Part shown: piece by piece, positions 35,016 to 47,027 of the stretch
Layout of the letters: every line of letters starts with the position of its first letter
Position numbering within the stretch: the first letter of the stretch is position 1
Source of the DNA: Octopus bimaculoides
Taxonomy: Eukaryota
Assembly: GCF_001194135.2 (NCBI RefSeq)
Contig: NC_068995.1
Span: forward strand, 35,365,159-35,429,158
DNA length: 64,000 nt
Direction of reading: 5' to 3'
Program-made: the position numbers and the translations under genes
Notes under the pieces: model-generated
The model's input: the letters and a program-made list of their open reading frames with translations, nothing else
Database searches by the model: none
What the model was told of the DNA's origin: nothing

Positions 35016-35687
35016 NNNNNNNNNNNNNNNNNNNNNNNNNNNNNNNNNNNNNNNNNNNNNNNNNNNNNNNNNNNNNNNNNNNNNNNNNNNNNNNNNNNNN
35101 NNNNNNNNNNNNNNNNNNNNNNNNNNNNNNNNNNNNNNNNNNNNNNNNNNNNNNNNNNNNNNNNNNNNNNNNNNNNNNNNNNNNNNNNNNNNNNNNNNNN
35201 NNNNNNNNNNNNNNNNNNNNNNNNNNNNNNNNNNNNNNNNNNNNNNNNNNNNNNNNNNNNNNNNNNNNNNNNNNNNNNNNNNNNNNNNNNNNNNNNNNNN
35301 NNNNNNNNNNNNNNNNNNNNNNNNNNNNNNNNNNNNNNNNNNNNNNNNNNNNNNNNNNNNNNNNNNNNNNNNNNNNNNNNNNNNNNNNNNNNNNNNNNNN
35401 NNNNNNNNNNNNNNNNNNNNNNNNNNNNNNNNNNNNNNNNNNNNNNNNNNNNNNNNNNNNNNNNNNNNNNNNNNNNNNNNNNNNNNNNNNNNNNNNNNNN
35501 NNNNNNNNNNNNNNNNNNNNNNNNNNNNNNNNNNNNNNNNNNNNNNNNNNNNNNNNNNNNNNNNNNNNNNNNNNNNNNNNNNNNNNNNNNNNNNNNNNNN
35601 NNNNNNNNNNNNNNNNNNNNNNNNNNNNNNNNNNNNNNNNNNNNNNNNNNNNNNNNNNNNNNNNNNNNNNNNNNNNNNNNNNNNNNN

Positions 35688-35718
<31 letters not shown>

Positions 35719-36262
35719 ACATATATGTTTGTGCATTTGTGTGTGTGCGTGTTTCGACGCCATCCAAAATATATTGATGTTGAACTTATTCCAACTTATT
35801 CTCATTTTTATGCATTTTATCATTTTCATGCACTTTTCTGTTTGAGTGTGCGTCAATTTTCCGTATGAGTCAGTGTTGTGTATGTGTGTGTGCATATGTG
35901 TCCGAACGCGCAACCGTGTACCCGACTATACGAGCGGTGGCTGAAGAGTATCTGGCATTGGATCAAAGAAAATACAGCAGGATAAGCTAATTATGAATTT
36001 ATGCAACATATATCCCCCTCTCAGCTGTCCTTCAGGTTATCTAAGCCCTCTAAATAGCTATGGTAATTGGGCCTCCAATCAGGCCTTTCGCGATACCCTT
36101 AAAGTCAGGAACCTTCCAGCATCCTCTCACATATATCTACACCTGTATCTCTCTTTCTCTCTCTCTCACTATTTATCTATTTCTCACTATCCATCACACA
36201 CTCTCTCTCTCTTTATATGTGTATGTATGTGTGTGCACGTGTCTGTGTATATATACATATAT

Positions 36263-36294
<32 letters not shown>

Positions 36295-36295
<1 letters not shown>

Positions 36296-36530
36296 AAGCA
36301 CAGGTACGCGAGTTAGTGTGTTGCACTCACGAACTTGAAGTTGTGATTTCGATTCCTGGATCGGTTGATGGGTTGTGTTCTCGTCCAAAATACTCCCGTT
36401 CACGTTGTTTCAGTCTACTCAGCTGGAAAACAATGATTGATCTTGCAAGGATCAGGCATCCCGTTCAGGTGTGGATGGAGATATATACGCCACAGAATCT
36501 GAAAAACCCGTCTTATTATCCTGTAGGTCG
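36295..36530 (+). mobile_element. Decayed tRNA-derived SINE of a third family
   Basis: B-box-like TTTCGATTCCTGG, then TTCACGTTGTTTCAGTCTACTCAGCTGG and GGCATCCCGTTCAGG motifs typical of SINE central domains. Confidence 0.45.
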
Positions 36531-36950
36531 GGATGTATTACACACACACGAGCGCGCACACAGACTTGCACACACACATACACATAGATATTTCAAAAGG
36601 GGAGGTGTATTTCCACGCAGGAAAAACTATATGCAAATTTGTTCTTGAAAATGCACCTAAATTTGTAATTGTCTTTAAATAAATTTTATTTACATATATA
36701 CCAAACTAGTTTCAACAATATTTTTTGTTTATCAATGGTAAAAATTTTAAATTATGAATTAGAAAAACATGTTTAAAAGTTTCAACTTTTACAAGTTTTA
36801 ATAAAATGAATTATCATTAAAAAATCAGATCCCTTCACAGAAAAAATTATAAATATACCGGATTCAAACAAACGAAAGACCCTACACACGATTAAAAAAA
36901 GCGAAAGTTCACGCACACGACGCAAAGAGAATCGCAGAAATTGTAAACAA

Positions 36951-37692
36951 AAGGCGGCGAGCTGGCAGAAACGTTAGCACAGGCTTAGTTTAAGGCCACG
37001 AATTGGCAGAAACGTTAGCACAAGCTTAGTTTTAAGGCCACGAATTGGCAGAAACGTTAGCACAGGCTTAGTTTAAGGCCACGAATTGGCAGAAACGTTA
37101 GCACAGGCTTAGTTTAAGGCCACGAATTGACAGAAACGTTAGCACAGGCTTAGTTTAAGGCCACGAATTAGCAGAAACGTTAGCACAGGCTTAGTTTAAG
37201 GCCACGAAGTGGCAGAAACGTTAGCACNNNNNNNNNNNNNNNNNNNNNNNNNNNNNNNNNNNNNNNNNNNNNNNNNNNNNNNNNNNNNNNNNNNNNNNNN
37301 NNNNNNNNNNNNNNNNNNNNNNNNNNNNNNNNNNNNNNNNNNNNNNNNNNNNNNNNNNNNNNNNNNNNNNNNNNNNNNNNNNNNNNNNNNNNNNNNNNNN
37401 NNNNNNNNNNNNNNNNNNNNNNNNNNNNNNNNNNNNNNNNNNNNNNNNNNNNNNNNNNNNNNNNNNNNNNNNNNNNNNNNNNNNNNNNNNNNNNNNNCTG
37501 GCAGAAACGTTAGCACAGGCTTAGTTTAAGGCCACGAATTGGCAGAAACGTTAGCACAAGCTTAGTTTTAAGGCCACGAATTGGCAGAAACGTTAGCACA
37601 GGCTTAGTTTAAGGCCACGAATTGGCAGAAACGTTAGCACAGGCTTAGTTTAAGGCCACGAATTGGCAGAAACGTTAGCACGGGCTTAGTTT
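36951..37692 (+). repeat. 41-bp tandem array derived from the SINE 5' end (A box)
   Basis: Unit AAGGCCACGAATTGGCAGAAACGTTAGCACAGGCTTAGTTT; 6 full units plus one partial before the 270-N gap, one partial plus 4 full after it; 42-bp variant units at 36992 and 37528. Confidence 0.97.
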
Positions 37693-37925
37693 AAGGCCAC
37701 GAGCTGGCAGAAACGTTAGCACGCTAGGCGAAATGCTTAGCGGTATTTCGTCTGCCGTTACGTTCTGAGTTCAAATTCCGCTGAGGTCGACTTTGCTTTT
37801 GAACCTTTCGGGGTCGATAAATTAAGTACCAGTTACGCACTGGGGTCGATGTAATCGACTTGATCTCTTTGTCTGTCCTTGTTTGTCCCCTCTGTGTTTA
37901 GCCCTTTGTGAGCAATAAAGAAATA
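37693..37925 (+). mobile_element. tRNA-derived SINE body following the array; array plus SINE share a 17-bp TSD
   Basis: B box GAGTTCAAATTCC at 37767-37779, core GGGGTCGATAAATTAAGTACCAG; TSD AGAAATTGTAAACAAAA (36936-36952) / AGAAACTGTAAACAAAA (37926-37942). Confidence 0.93.
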
Positions 37926-38192
37926 AGAAACTGTAAACAAAACCCTTTTATTACTATCTTCATTTCTCCCTTATTTTTTTCCCCTCTTAACTCAGTATAA
38001 TCGAAACTTTGGTGATCCACATCTCTTCTCTATCACTACTAACACTATTGAATTTTGTGCATTTAAACAAGATGATCCACAATTCTTTTATATTGTTGAA
38101 TGTTATGAACATTTAAATCATATTATTGAAATTATATTAGTAAAGAATTAATTTGATTAGAACTACCAGTGAAACCGTTCTGTTCCTTTTTC

Positions 38193-38262
<70 letters not shown>

Positions 38263-38482
38263 NNNNNNNNNNTGTATGTATATATGTACGTATATAAACT
38301 GATCAGGAAATACAAAGCAAGAGCAAAACTGCTAGAGAATTTTCCATTTTGTTATTAGAGTAATGGCGGTCAAAATTGAATGAGAAAAATATTACCTTTC
38401 GGATACAGTTCTTCTTCAGCTGCTTGATAAAAGCACAGAAGAAACTGGGAATAGAATGAGAAATAGATAGATACTAAATAAG

Positions 38483-38544
<62 letters not shown>

Positions 38545-38643
38545 CACATCTGCGTATGGAGATTTTTGAGGATGACGTGAAAATAACTGGTAGAGTAGAA
38601 AGATTTCTGTATTGCACCAATGATTTTATATATATATAATGTA

Positions 38644-38674
<31 letters not shown>

Positions 38675-39126
38675 GCGTATTATCTGTGTTTGTGTGTACG
38701 TAATCCTCTCTGTGTTGCTTGCTAATATATTTTTCTATAAATTCCAAGGAAACAGATATATGTTACAAAGGAAAATAAACTGTTCCCACTTTCTACAGAT
38801 ATTCTTTCTTTACCTGTAGATTATCTTCACTCTACATTCTTTACGCTCTTTTGCGTTGTTCCCACCATTATATAATATATATTTCGTGCATTTCTTTTGA
38901 ATCTACACACTTTCCATTGATCTTGTTTTCAATACGTTCTGAAGTTTTGTGATCGTTGAGCTTGTTGGCTAATTCAACAAACAATTCTTATTGTTATACG
39001 GACTAGAAAATATTTACCAGTGTGTTGCAAACATTCCACCAGTTTTCTTGCCTAAGATTGAAAAATATATTCCAACTAATTCTACTGCACAGGTGTTTGT
39101 CTTTCACATTTTCTTTCTTTGTTTTC

Positions 39127-39205
<79 letters not shown>

Positions 39206-39623
39206 NNNNNNNNNNNNNNNNNNNNNNNNNNNNNNNNNNNNNNNNNNNNNNNNNNNNNNNNNNNNNNNNNNNNNNNNNNNNNNNNNNNNNNNNNNNNNNN
39301 NNNNNNNNNNNNNNNNNNNNNNNNNNNNNNNNNNNNNNNNNNNNNNNNNNNNNNNNNNNNNNNNNNNNNNNNNNNNNNNNNNNNNNNNNNNNNNNNNNNN
39401 NNNNNNNNNNNNNNNNNNNNNNNNNNNNNNNNNNNNNNNNNNNNNNNNNNNNNNNNNNNNNNNNNNNNNNNNNNNNNNNNNNNNNNNNNNNNNNNNNNNN
39501 NNNNNNNNNNNNNNNNNNNNNNNNNNNNNNNNNNNNNNNNNNNNNNNNNNNNNNNNNNNNNNNNNNNNNNNNNNNNNNNNNNNNNNNNNNNNNNNNNNNN
39601 NNNNNNNNNNNNNNNNNNNNNNN

Positions 39624-39662
<39 letters not shown>

Positions 39663-40289
39663 ATATCTCTCATACCGTCCTTCTCTTCTGTTCCATAAAG
39701 TTCGCTTGCACACGAACTATTCAAGCACAAACGCTATGTATGAGCTAGAAATGTCGAGTTGCAATAACCTGTGGCCTCTTTGCATATAAATATTAATTAA
39801 CGCACAAATTAGCACAAATGACTTGTTATTATTGAACTGATAAACCAAACTGAATTTTGTCCCTCTCACTGTTACTTTCTGTCTGACTGTCTTTTTCTCT
39901 TCCTCCCTTCTCTCTTTCCCTTTTACTCTTTGCATCGATTACTCTTAGACATTTTCTCTACTTTTCTAATCGCAAAAAATAAAATAAAGATTAAGAGATT
40001 ACTGTTTTACACACACACATACACACACATACTCACACACACACATATGTATGTGTTATGTATATATGTATGCATGCATGTATGTATGTTTGTACGTATG
40101 TATATATGCATGTATGTATGCATGTCTATATGTCTGCTTTTATGTATAAATTCATGTAAATGTACACATATATACATGCAACACTTGTGTCTGTATGCAT
40201 GTATCCATGTATCCTCTTATTCTTCACTGATTTCCATAACTGGGCTGAGGTGAATGCTTGTGCATCACCTTCGAAAGATTACGTAATCA

Positions 40290-40985
40290 TACATGCTCCA
40301 CTACTTGTGTCAGTTCTTTTTTCGATCCGCATTTTATAAACCATTTGGTAAAATGAAATAATACTCCACAACACGTGCACAAGTTCAGTGTTAATAACCA
40401 GTACAAAATCAAAAGAAGTAAAGCATATACATATCGTTTTCCCCTCCATACATAAGGAAAGTTATCTGCAAAGTAAATAATACAATTCTCTTGCCTTTGG
40501 GGTGACAGCATAAACACGACCAATTGTTTCTTTGAAAACATTCAAATGGCTTTAAATGTTTTCCATCGCTTTCTTCTTTGCCATTCTTTGTTACTACTGT
40601 TCCGAGTGAAATACATGGTTACTTCAACAGAAAGTAGTGTATTTGCAAAGTCATCATTGATGCACACTGAAAAGAATTCTGTTAATGTTGTTCTGTTATG
40701 TCGTTCATTGAGAGCCACATATATCCTCATTATTTCTGAGCAATATTGTTTGTTCATCTGGTAGATTAACTTGCAGTCTCACTATTGCAAGTGATCTTTC
40801 ATAACTTGCAAATCCTTAAATGGATGCCATTACTTCGGATATTGACTAATTTCGTTATCATTGTTTATCTGAACAGCAGCTTGGTCATTTCCTTTCAGCG
40901 TGTACTTGATGAGGTAACGATTTCAATGTTGCACTGGCATTTGAATACTCTTAAAAGTGTTTCATAATAAGGTACAACCCTTCGT
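40290..40985 (-). mobile_element. Helitron Rep/helicase pseudogene fragment (end of Rep domain and linker)
   Basis: Minus strand: VVPYYETLLRVFKCQCNIEI, IKYTLKGNDQA, NEISQY, AIVRLQVNLPDEQ, TTLTEFF..DDFANTLL..EWQRRKR, TIGRVYAV, matching Helitron VVPYNxxL..HINVE..KYxxKGxD..DEIxQY..RLxVHL..TLxxxF..W.RR..IGRxYxV. Confidence 0.9.
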
Positions 40986-42049
40986 CTATAAAGAGATAGT
41001 CTCTCTGTTTTTCTGCCTTTTGATTAAGATGATATAGATTAATATTTTATTTTGAATGAAATAATTTTCCCCTTTCAGAAAAAAAAAAATATCAAGTACC
41101 CCTGATACAAAATTATATTTCACTTTTTGCTTCATAAACAGAAACTTTGCATATAACTTTCATTATGGAGAGAAAGTGACACTTATCTAATAAGCAGTAA
41201 GTCAGCAGTGCTTCCACATCTATTGAATTAAATATTTCACCAAAATCAAAATTATGTTTATCAACCAAAAATATATGTATCTTGTCTTTACTTTATGTAA
41301 TAAGTTAAAAATATAGAAAGAAATAAAATATTATTGTGCAACGATTAGTTCCGTATTTTTCTCAAAAATGATTCAGTGATTCTTTACTGATCATTTTACT
41401 ATTATGTTTCATTAAAAATTTGAGTCGCGTCTGAAATATCTAATGCAGGAATTATTTCAATTTCGACAGACACTGGTACTCATAAATTAGAGTCTTTATA
41501 GAGAACGTTTTGCTATGAGTAAACAATAGATTATGCATATCATATTGTTTAAATCCGACTAGTCTAATCAAGATTCTTTCATCTTCTAACGTATGGTTTT
41601 CCTTAATTACATTTAATACCAGTTTTTTTATCAATGAGACATATCTATTTGTATTCTTCGCATGCATCTTCACGATTTTTAGTGCTTGCTCAATGTTTAT
41701 TTTAATCAACAAATTTCAAGTTATTTATTCTTGTATAATGTTGTGTTTTCTACACTTTTCTTGTAGGTTTCCAAATGAAAATCACCCTAGAACTTGTGGC
41801 AAACAATCACTTAAGGTTTTAAGTTTCCAGTGATTTTATTCTTTAAAACCACTTGAGTTGCCCTTTACTGCTATATAGCCTTTGCGTCTTTTCTTTCCAT
41901 TCAGATAAATGTCTTACCGACTAGCAAATTCCGAAACAGTAGACATTCGTTGACAAAATTTTACTCGTTGAGTTTGTTGGATGTAGAGATGAGTTTGATT
42001 CCATTATTATTTCGTTAAAACTGTCGCAGAATAACAGTTACAAGAAAGA

Positions 42050-43450
42050 TATAAATAAGAAGATTCTAGAGGGTCGATATCCTGCGGAGAAATTACTGGA
42101 GATATGACCGAGGAGAATGTTCAACACAACAGTGGTGACGAGGGATTGAGGGTCTGGTGTGTTGATGTGAGACTGAGTATAAGAGATACAATCCAAGCTC
42201 GCTCCCAAGAATAGAAGCTCTTACAGTAGTGCTAGAAAAGACAAGACAGTGCATACATCAACCAAAGATTGAAATGTGTTCATGTGTAAATGCATGCTGT
42301 CCAAAGTGTTTGTGTACATAGCCATAATACCATCCCAGGCGTGAGCTTTCTATCCTGCCAGCAGGTCTTAGGACCTGAAATGTTTTTCGAACTTCAAGAG
42401 AAGCGCCAATATATAGGATGCGCTTTTAATTATGCTAAAGACGTATTTTCAACAGGTGAGATACGCGCTAATTGTAAAAGCAGCATTTGGGGTTATGAGT
42501 GTTCTAGTTGAGTATTACTTAATTTAAGGAGGTTGTGGAGAAAAGTTGGCGTGTTTTTATTGAGGATTTTGGTTGCAAAAAGGGACAAGGTTGACATCCT
42601 TCGCTTGGATAATTCTCTCTCATGCTCTCCATTTATGGAAACAATGCAGGTTCGGTGTGAAGTCTTTAGAATGCGTGTGGATGACGCTTGGTTGGGGAAA
42701 GATTAGAAGAAATGAAGGGTTGTGTTATTTGCATAAGCGTAAGCGTTACTGATGTGGCAGTAGGTAAACATTGATGTAAGGGAACGGAGCTCTGTGGCAT
42801 AACAGATATTATGGAGAGTGAGGAAGAAAGAACTCCGTAAATGCAATGGTTCGATCTTATAGAAAGCCACTGATCGGAGAGGTGAGAGGTAAGTAGAGCC
42901 TGTAGATAGTAAATTTTGATAAACTTTCATGCCAAACACGTTAAAGACTTTTCTGATGCTAGAGCAGCAGCGTAACTTTTACTAAACTTCAGTAAAGTGA
43001 AAGCGCACTGCGAAAAATATAACAGAATAGATCCTTACTAGTTGTAGTTCTCCGGAAGCTGGATAGGTTGTTATGGAGGGAAGAAAGAGAGAGATACAAA
43101 ATGATAGTGAACGTTACTCCATCACCGTAGAGATGTCAGAAGTGAGAACAATTGAAAGATAGTTGAATGGAATGGGACACTCTGAAAAGTACCTCCAAAT
43201 GTTTGAGTTTGTCTCCGGAAAAAGGGAAAAATTAAAGTTTGGTGAGTGTAGAAGCGTCTCAGAGTTAAATAGGATAAATAGTTTGTAGTGATTTGTAGTA
43301 ACTCGTTGGAGAGAATTGGCCAGAGGAATGGATCTATGTTTCACATCGTAGGAACTTATACAGGGTGATGATTCATGGAAAAGTCACAAAAATTCCTAAA
43401 TTGGCAGCATTGTCTGAATGAGTGCAAAAGACAGAACTCTGCTAAAGACA
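42050..43450 (-). mobile_element. CR1/L2-group LINE RT remnant
   Basis: Minus strand: NYLSIVLTS (NYRPIAL), RVWHESL..ISGFL.DRTI (RVWHxxL..ISSFLSDR), MPQSSV (VPQGSV), AYANNTTLH (YADDxTLH). Confidence 0.75.
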
Positions 43451-44075
43451 CTCAAATGCCAGTTGGCGGGATTAAGCCGGACAGCGTGGTAGACTTATTG
43501 TTCAAAATATGAGGGACCTTATACATCCTACAAAAGAAAGTTAAATTAGGAAGAGCAATATAGAATGACAAAATTATCTAACAAAAAATATCTAACAAAT
43601 ATATATCTTAGAAAATTACTATTTTTAAATCTCACAACAAGAGATATTCAGCAACAGTACTTTGGAGTAAAGATTTTTGCCAATATGTAAGGGTGCTAGA
43701 TTCCCTTGTTAGAAAATATAAGGACACAGATCGTGTCGTATAGCCAGCTGGATACGATGTCTCCTGGGGCTAAACTACAGCAACATTCGTCCTAAATCAG
43801 GACTGTCATGTTATGTTGGCAAAAATCCTTACTCCAAAAATATATCCATGAATATAGTCCAATTCTCAACTTCTCAAGCCCTCCATAGAAAGCCAGAAAT
43901 GTTTGACCGGCATCGTCAGTTTCTTTTTATTTCACCTGTTTCTGTTATTTAAACTGTCTTGTTCCTGTCGTTCAAATCAGTGGTTCTCAACCATTTCTGC
44001 CCAGGGATTCTTTTGATTCTTATTTTACATACCATTCAATCTTAAAAAAGAACCTATTGTATTTTATACTATTTC

Positions 44076-44270
44076 ACTCTTTTACTTGTTTCAGTCATTT
44101 GACTGTGGCCATGTTGGAGCACCGCCTTTAGTCGAGCAAATACACCCCAGGAATTATTTTTTGTAAGCCTAGTAATTATTGTATCGGTCTGTTTTGCCGA
44201 ACCGCTAAGTTACGGGGACGTAAACACACCTGCATCGGTTGTCAGGTGATGGGGCGCAAACACAGACACA

Positions 44271-44311
<41 letters not shown>

Positions 44312-44320
44312 ACACACACA
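44076..44320 (-). mobile_element. 3' domain of CORE-type SINE plus (CA)n
   Basis: Reverse complement of the 3' domain at 3440-3641. Confidence 0.88.
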
Positions 44321-44323
44321 CAT

Positions 44324-44535
44324 ACTCTTTTTTACTCTTTTACTTGTTTCAGTCATTTGACTGCGGCCATGCTGGAGCACCGCCTTTAGTCGAGCAAATC
44401 GACCCCAGTACTTATTCTTTGGAAACCTAGTACTTATTCTATCGGTCTCTTTTGCCGAACCGCTAAGTGATGGCGACATAAACACACCAGCATCGGTTGT
44501 CAAGCAATACTAGGAGGACAAACACAGACTCACAA

Positions 44536-44574
<39 letters not shown>

Positions 44575-44874
44575 CATATATACGACGGGCCTCATTCAGC
44601 TTCCGTCCACCAAATCCACTCACAAGGCTTTGGTCGGCCCTAGGCTATAGTAGAAAACACTTGCCCAAGGTGCCACGAAGTGGGACTGAACCCATACACA
44701 CATATATACGATGGGTTTCTTTCAGTTTCCATCTACCAAATCCACTCACAAGGATTTGGTCGACCTGAGGCTATAGTAGAAAACACTTGCCCAAGGTGCC
44801 ACGTAGTGGGAATGAACCCGGAGCCATGTGGCTGGTAGGCAAGCTACTTACAGCACAGCCACTCCTACGCCTAT
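44324..44874 (-). mobile_element. Full CORE-type SINE with duplicated CORE segment
   Basis: 3' domain 44324-44530, microsatellite linker, CORE copy 44582-44695, second CORE plus tRNA head 44705-44874. Confidence 0.9.
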
Positions 44875-45693
44875 GTCAGTTTCTTTTTATTTCAACTGTT
44901 GAAATATCATTAGAAATCCTATAAGCAAAGCTGTTAAAATCTTTTGTGTATTGTAAAAGTATAAACGACTTACTGCACATAAATTTTGACGACAAAATCT
45001 TATATGGACCCCCAGGGATTATATGGACTCTGGTTGAGAACTATTGATTTAAATGAATGAAACACCATTTACTGCATAATAATTTGAAAGTATGGTGAAT
45101 TAAGCTGCAGTATTTAGCCACGCTAATAACATTTCTCTATAATTTCCTTGATTTTACAGCGTTATGTCAAGTATGAGGTGTTATACTCACTAGCACTTTT
45201 GTCCGATTGATTCTGTCTAAAGTTCTAATAATCCCACGACATATTGCCATTCTCCTCAATTTATAAAGGTTAATTTGACATTCTTTAATGATATCGCTTC
45301 AAGCATATGTTTCTTGACGGGATAATAAGAGTGCTGAATTACTTTTTAATTACTTTACTTTAATAATATAAGAAATTATTAAGCAAATGTCAAAATGTAA
45401 CACCAACAAATGTTCCAGAACACACACACACACACAAAAAAAAAATCAAACGAAATTTGACTGATTGTTTTCTTCGGTGTTCTCTAATGGAGAAACGAGA
45501 TGGTTAATTGCAGCGATTTTCAGGTTTAATCGGGAAATTGCAGTGGCGGCTGAAACGAACCTGTTTATTTTCTTTGTGAATTTGGCTGCTAATCGCTCTA
45601 TTGAACTTCATTATAACGAGATTTCGTTCTCAGAAGTAGCGTTAAATGAGGTACTTGGCGTCTGTGTGTGTATATATATACATAATTACATAC

Positions 45694-45703
<10 letters not shown>

Positions 45704-45778
<75 letters not shown>

Positions 45779-45808
45779 CGTGTGCGTGCGTGTGCGTGCG
45801 TGTGCGTA
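45704..45808. repeat. (TG)n grading into (TGCG)n microsatellite
   Basis: Directly visible. Confidence 0.95.
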
Positions 45809-46461
45809 GTGTGTGTGTGTATTACACATGTATTGCATATGTGCGTGTAGGCTAAGGTAGGATTGTTTTGATACAATCTGGCAGCTGCCCATTCGTGTAA
45901 GTCTTTCTTCCCAACGCCAATAACGTTAACCAAGGTAAAGGCCGCTACCATGTGTCGGTAAATCTTAGCAGCATTGTTGGTGTAGAGGTTGTCAGAAAGC
46001 AAAGCGATAATGTAAGCCATCCTGCTTGACACTTTAATTCTTCCAACAATTTACCTCACGCATAACAAGAAGAAAAAAAAAAGGAAACCTTGGAAGGCAA
46101 AGGTTACCTTGATGGTATTTGAATTTACTGCTTAGGCATTCGAAACCATACTATCACTAGTCAGTACATCCAGCCCTCTAGCGATTGTGCTTATTCGTCA
46201 CTTGGTACAAACATTGTATGTGTTTGTGCACAAAGACAGCGAGTGATACACAAAGACCGGCAGTCAGACAGAGACAGAGAGAGTGTTTCTTGAGTTTTTA
46301 TAACTTTGACCATGCTTTTGCTTAGCACGTCTCACTACAGTATCTGAGAGTTGAAATAGCTAATAATGATACATGAGTTGAAAACAGAAAAGAATTAATA
46401 TGGACAACGAGAAAAGAATTAATATGGAAGTGTGTTTACTGTTATACCTTTATACGCGACG

Positions 46462-46637
46462 AGAAAATGCTTAGTGGCATTTCGTCCGTCTTCACGATCT
46501 AAGTTCAAATTTCCTTCGAGATCGACTTCGCCTTTCATCCTTTCGGGGTCGATAAAATAAGTACCAGTTGAAAACTAAGGTCCATATAATCTACACATCC
46601 CTTACCTCTACCCGAAATTGCTGGCCTTGTGCCAATA
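46462..46637 (+). mobile_element. 5'-truncated tRNA-derived SINE
   Basis: AAATGCTTAGTGGCATTTCGTCCGTC..GTTCAAATT..CCTTTCATCCTTTCGGGGTCGATAAAATAAGTACCAG. Confidence 0.85.
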
Positions 46638-46671
46638 TTATATTTGTGTGTGTGTATGTGTGTGTGTGTGC

Positions 46672-46708
<37 letters not shown>

Positions 46709-46737
46709 CGTGCATCTGTGTGTGTGTGTGTGTGTTT

Positions 46738-46950
46738 TAACTCTTACTTGCTTGAGTCATCAGACCTCGGCTATAATGGGGCAAAGACTTGAAAAATTAT
46801 AAGTCAAATGAATCGACATTAGTACTTATTTTTTTATAGCCTGGTACTTATTCTATCGTTTCCTTTGGGTGAACTTCTATTTTATGGACAGGTGAACACA
46901 CCAACACCGGTTGTCAAGCGGTGGTGGGGGTCAAACTCAGAAACAAATAC
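46738..46950 (-). mobile_element. Decayed SINE 3' domain
   Basis: TAGTACTTATT..CCTGGTACTTATTCTATCG..AACACACCAACACCGGTTGTCAAGCGGTGG, homologous to 44400-44520. Confidence 0.75.
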
Positions 46951-46986
46951 ACTCACACACACACACAGAGGTACACACACACAGAG

Positions 46987-47027
<41 letters not shown>

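Larger units (their letters stand above)
43978..45046. mobile_element. hAT-type MITE carrying nested SINEs
   Basis: 15-bp TIRs CAGTGGTTCTCAACC / CAATAGTTCTCAACC (reverse complement of 45032-45046); degenerate 8-bp TSD GTTCAAAT (43970-77) / ATTTAAAT (45047-54). Confidence 0.68.

Noticed and set aside
36951-37720. CRISPR-like appearance of the 41-bp array
   Set aside because: No unique spacers (the 13-nt inter-head segment is itself repeated), eukaryotic context, no cas genes, and the unit is clearly SINE-derived.
41452-41712. Minus ORF faintly resembling a Penelope RT segment
   Set aside because: No diagnostic motif retained; similarity too weak to call.
45830-46032. Protein-like minus ORF (MSSRMAYIIALLSDNLY..)
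   Set aside because: Runs into a microsatellite, has no splice or domain support, and is probably repeat-derived.
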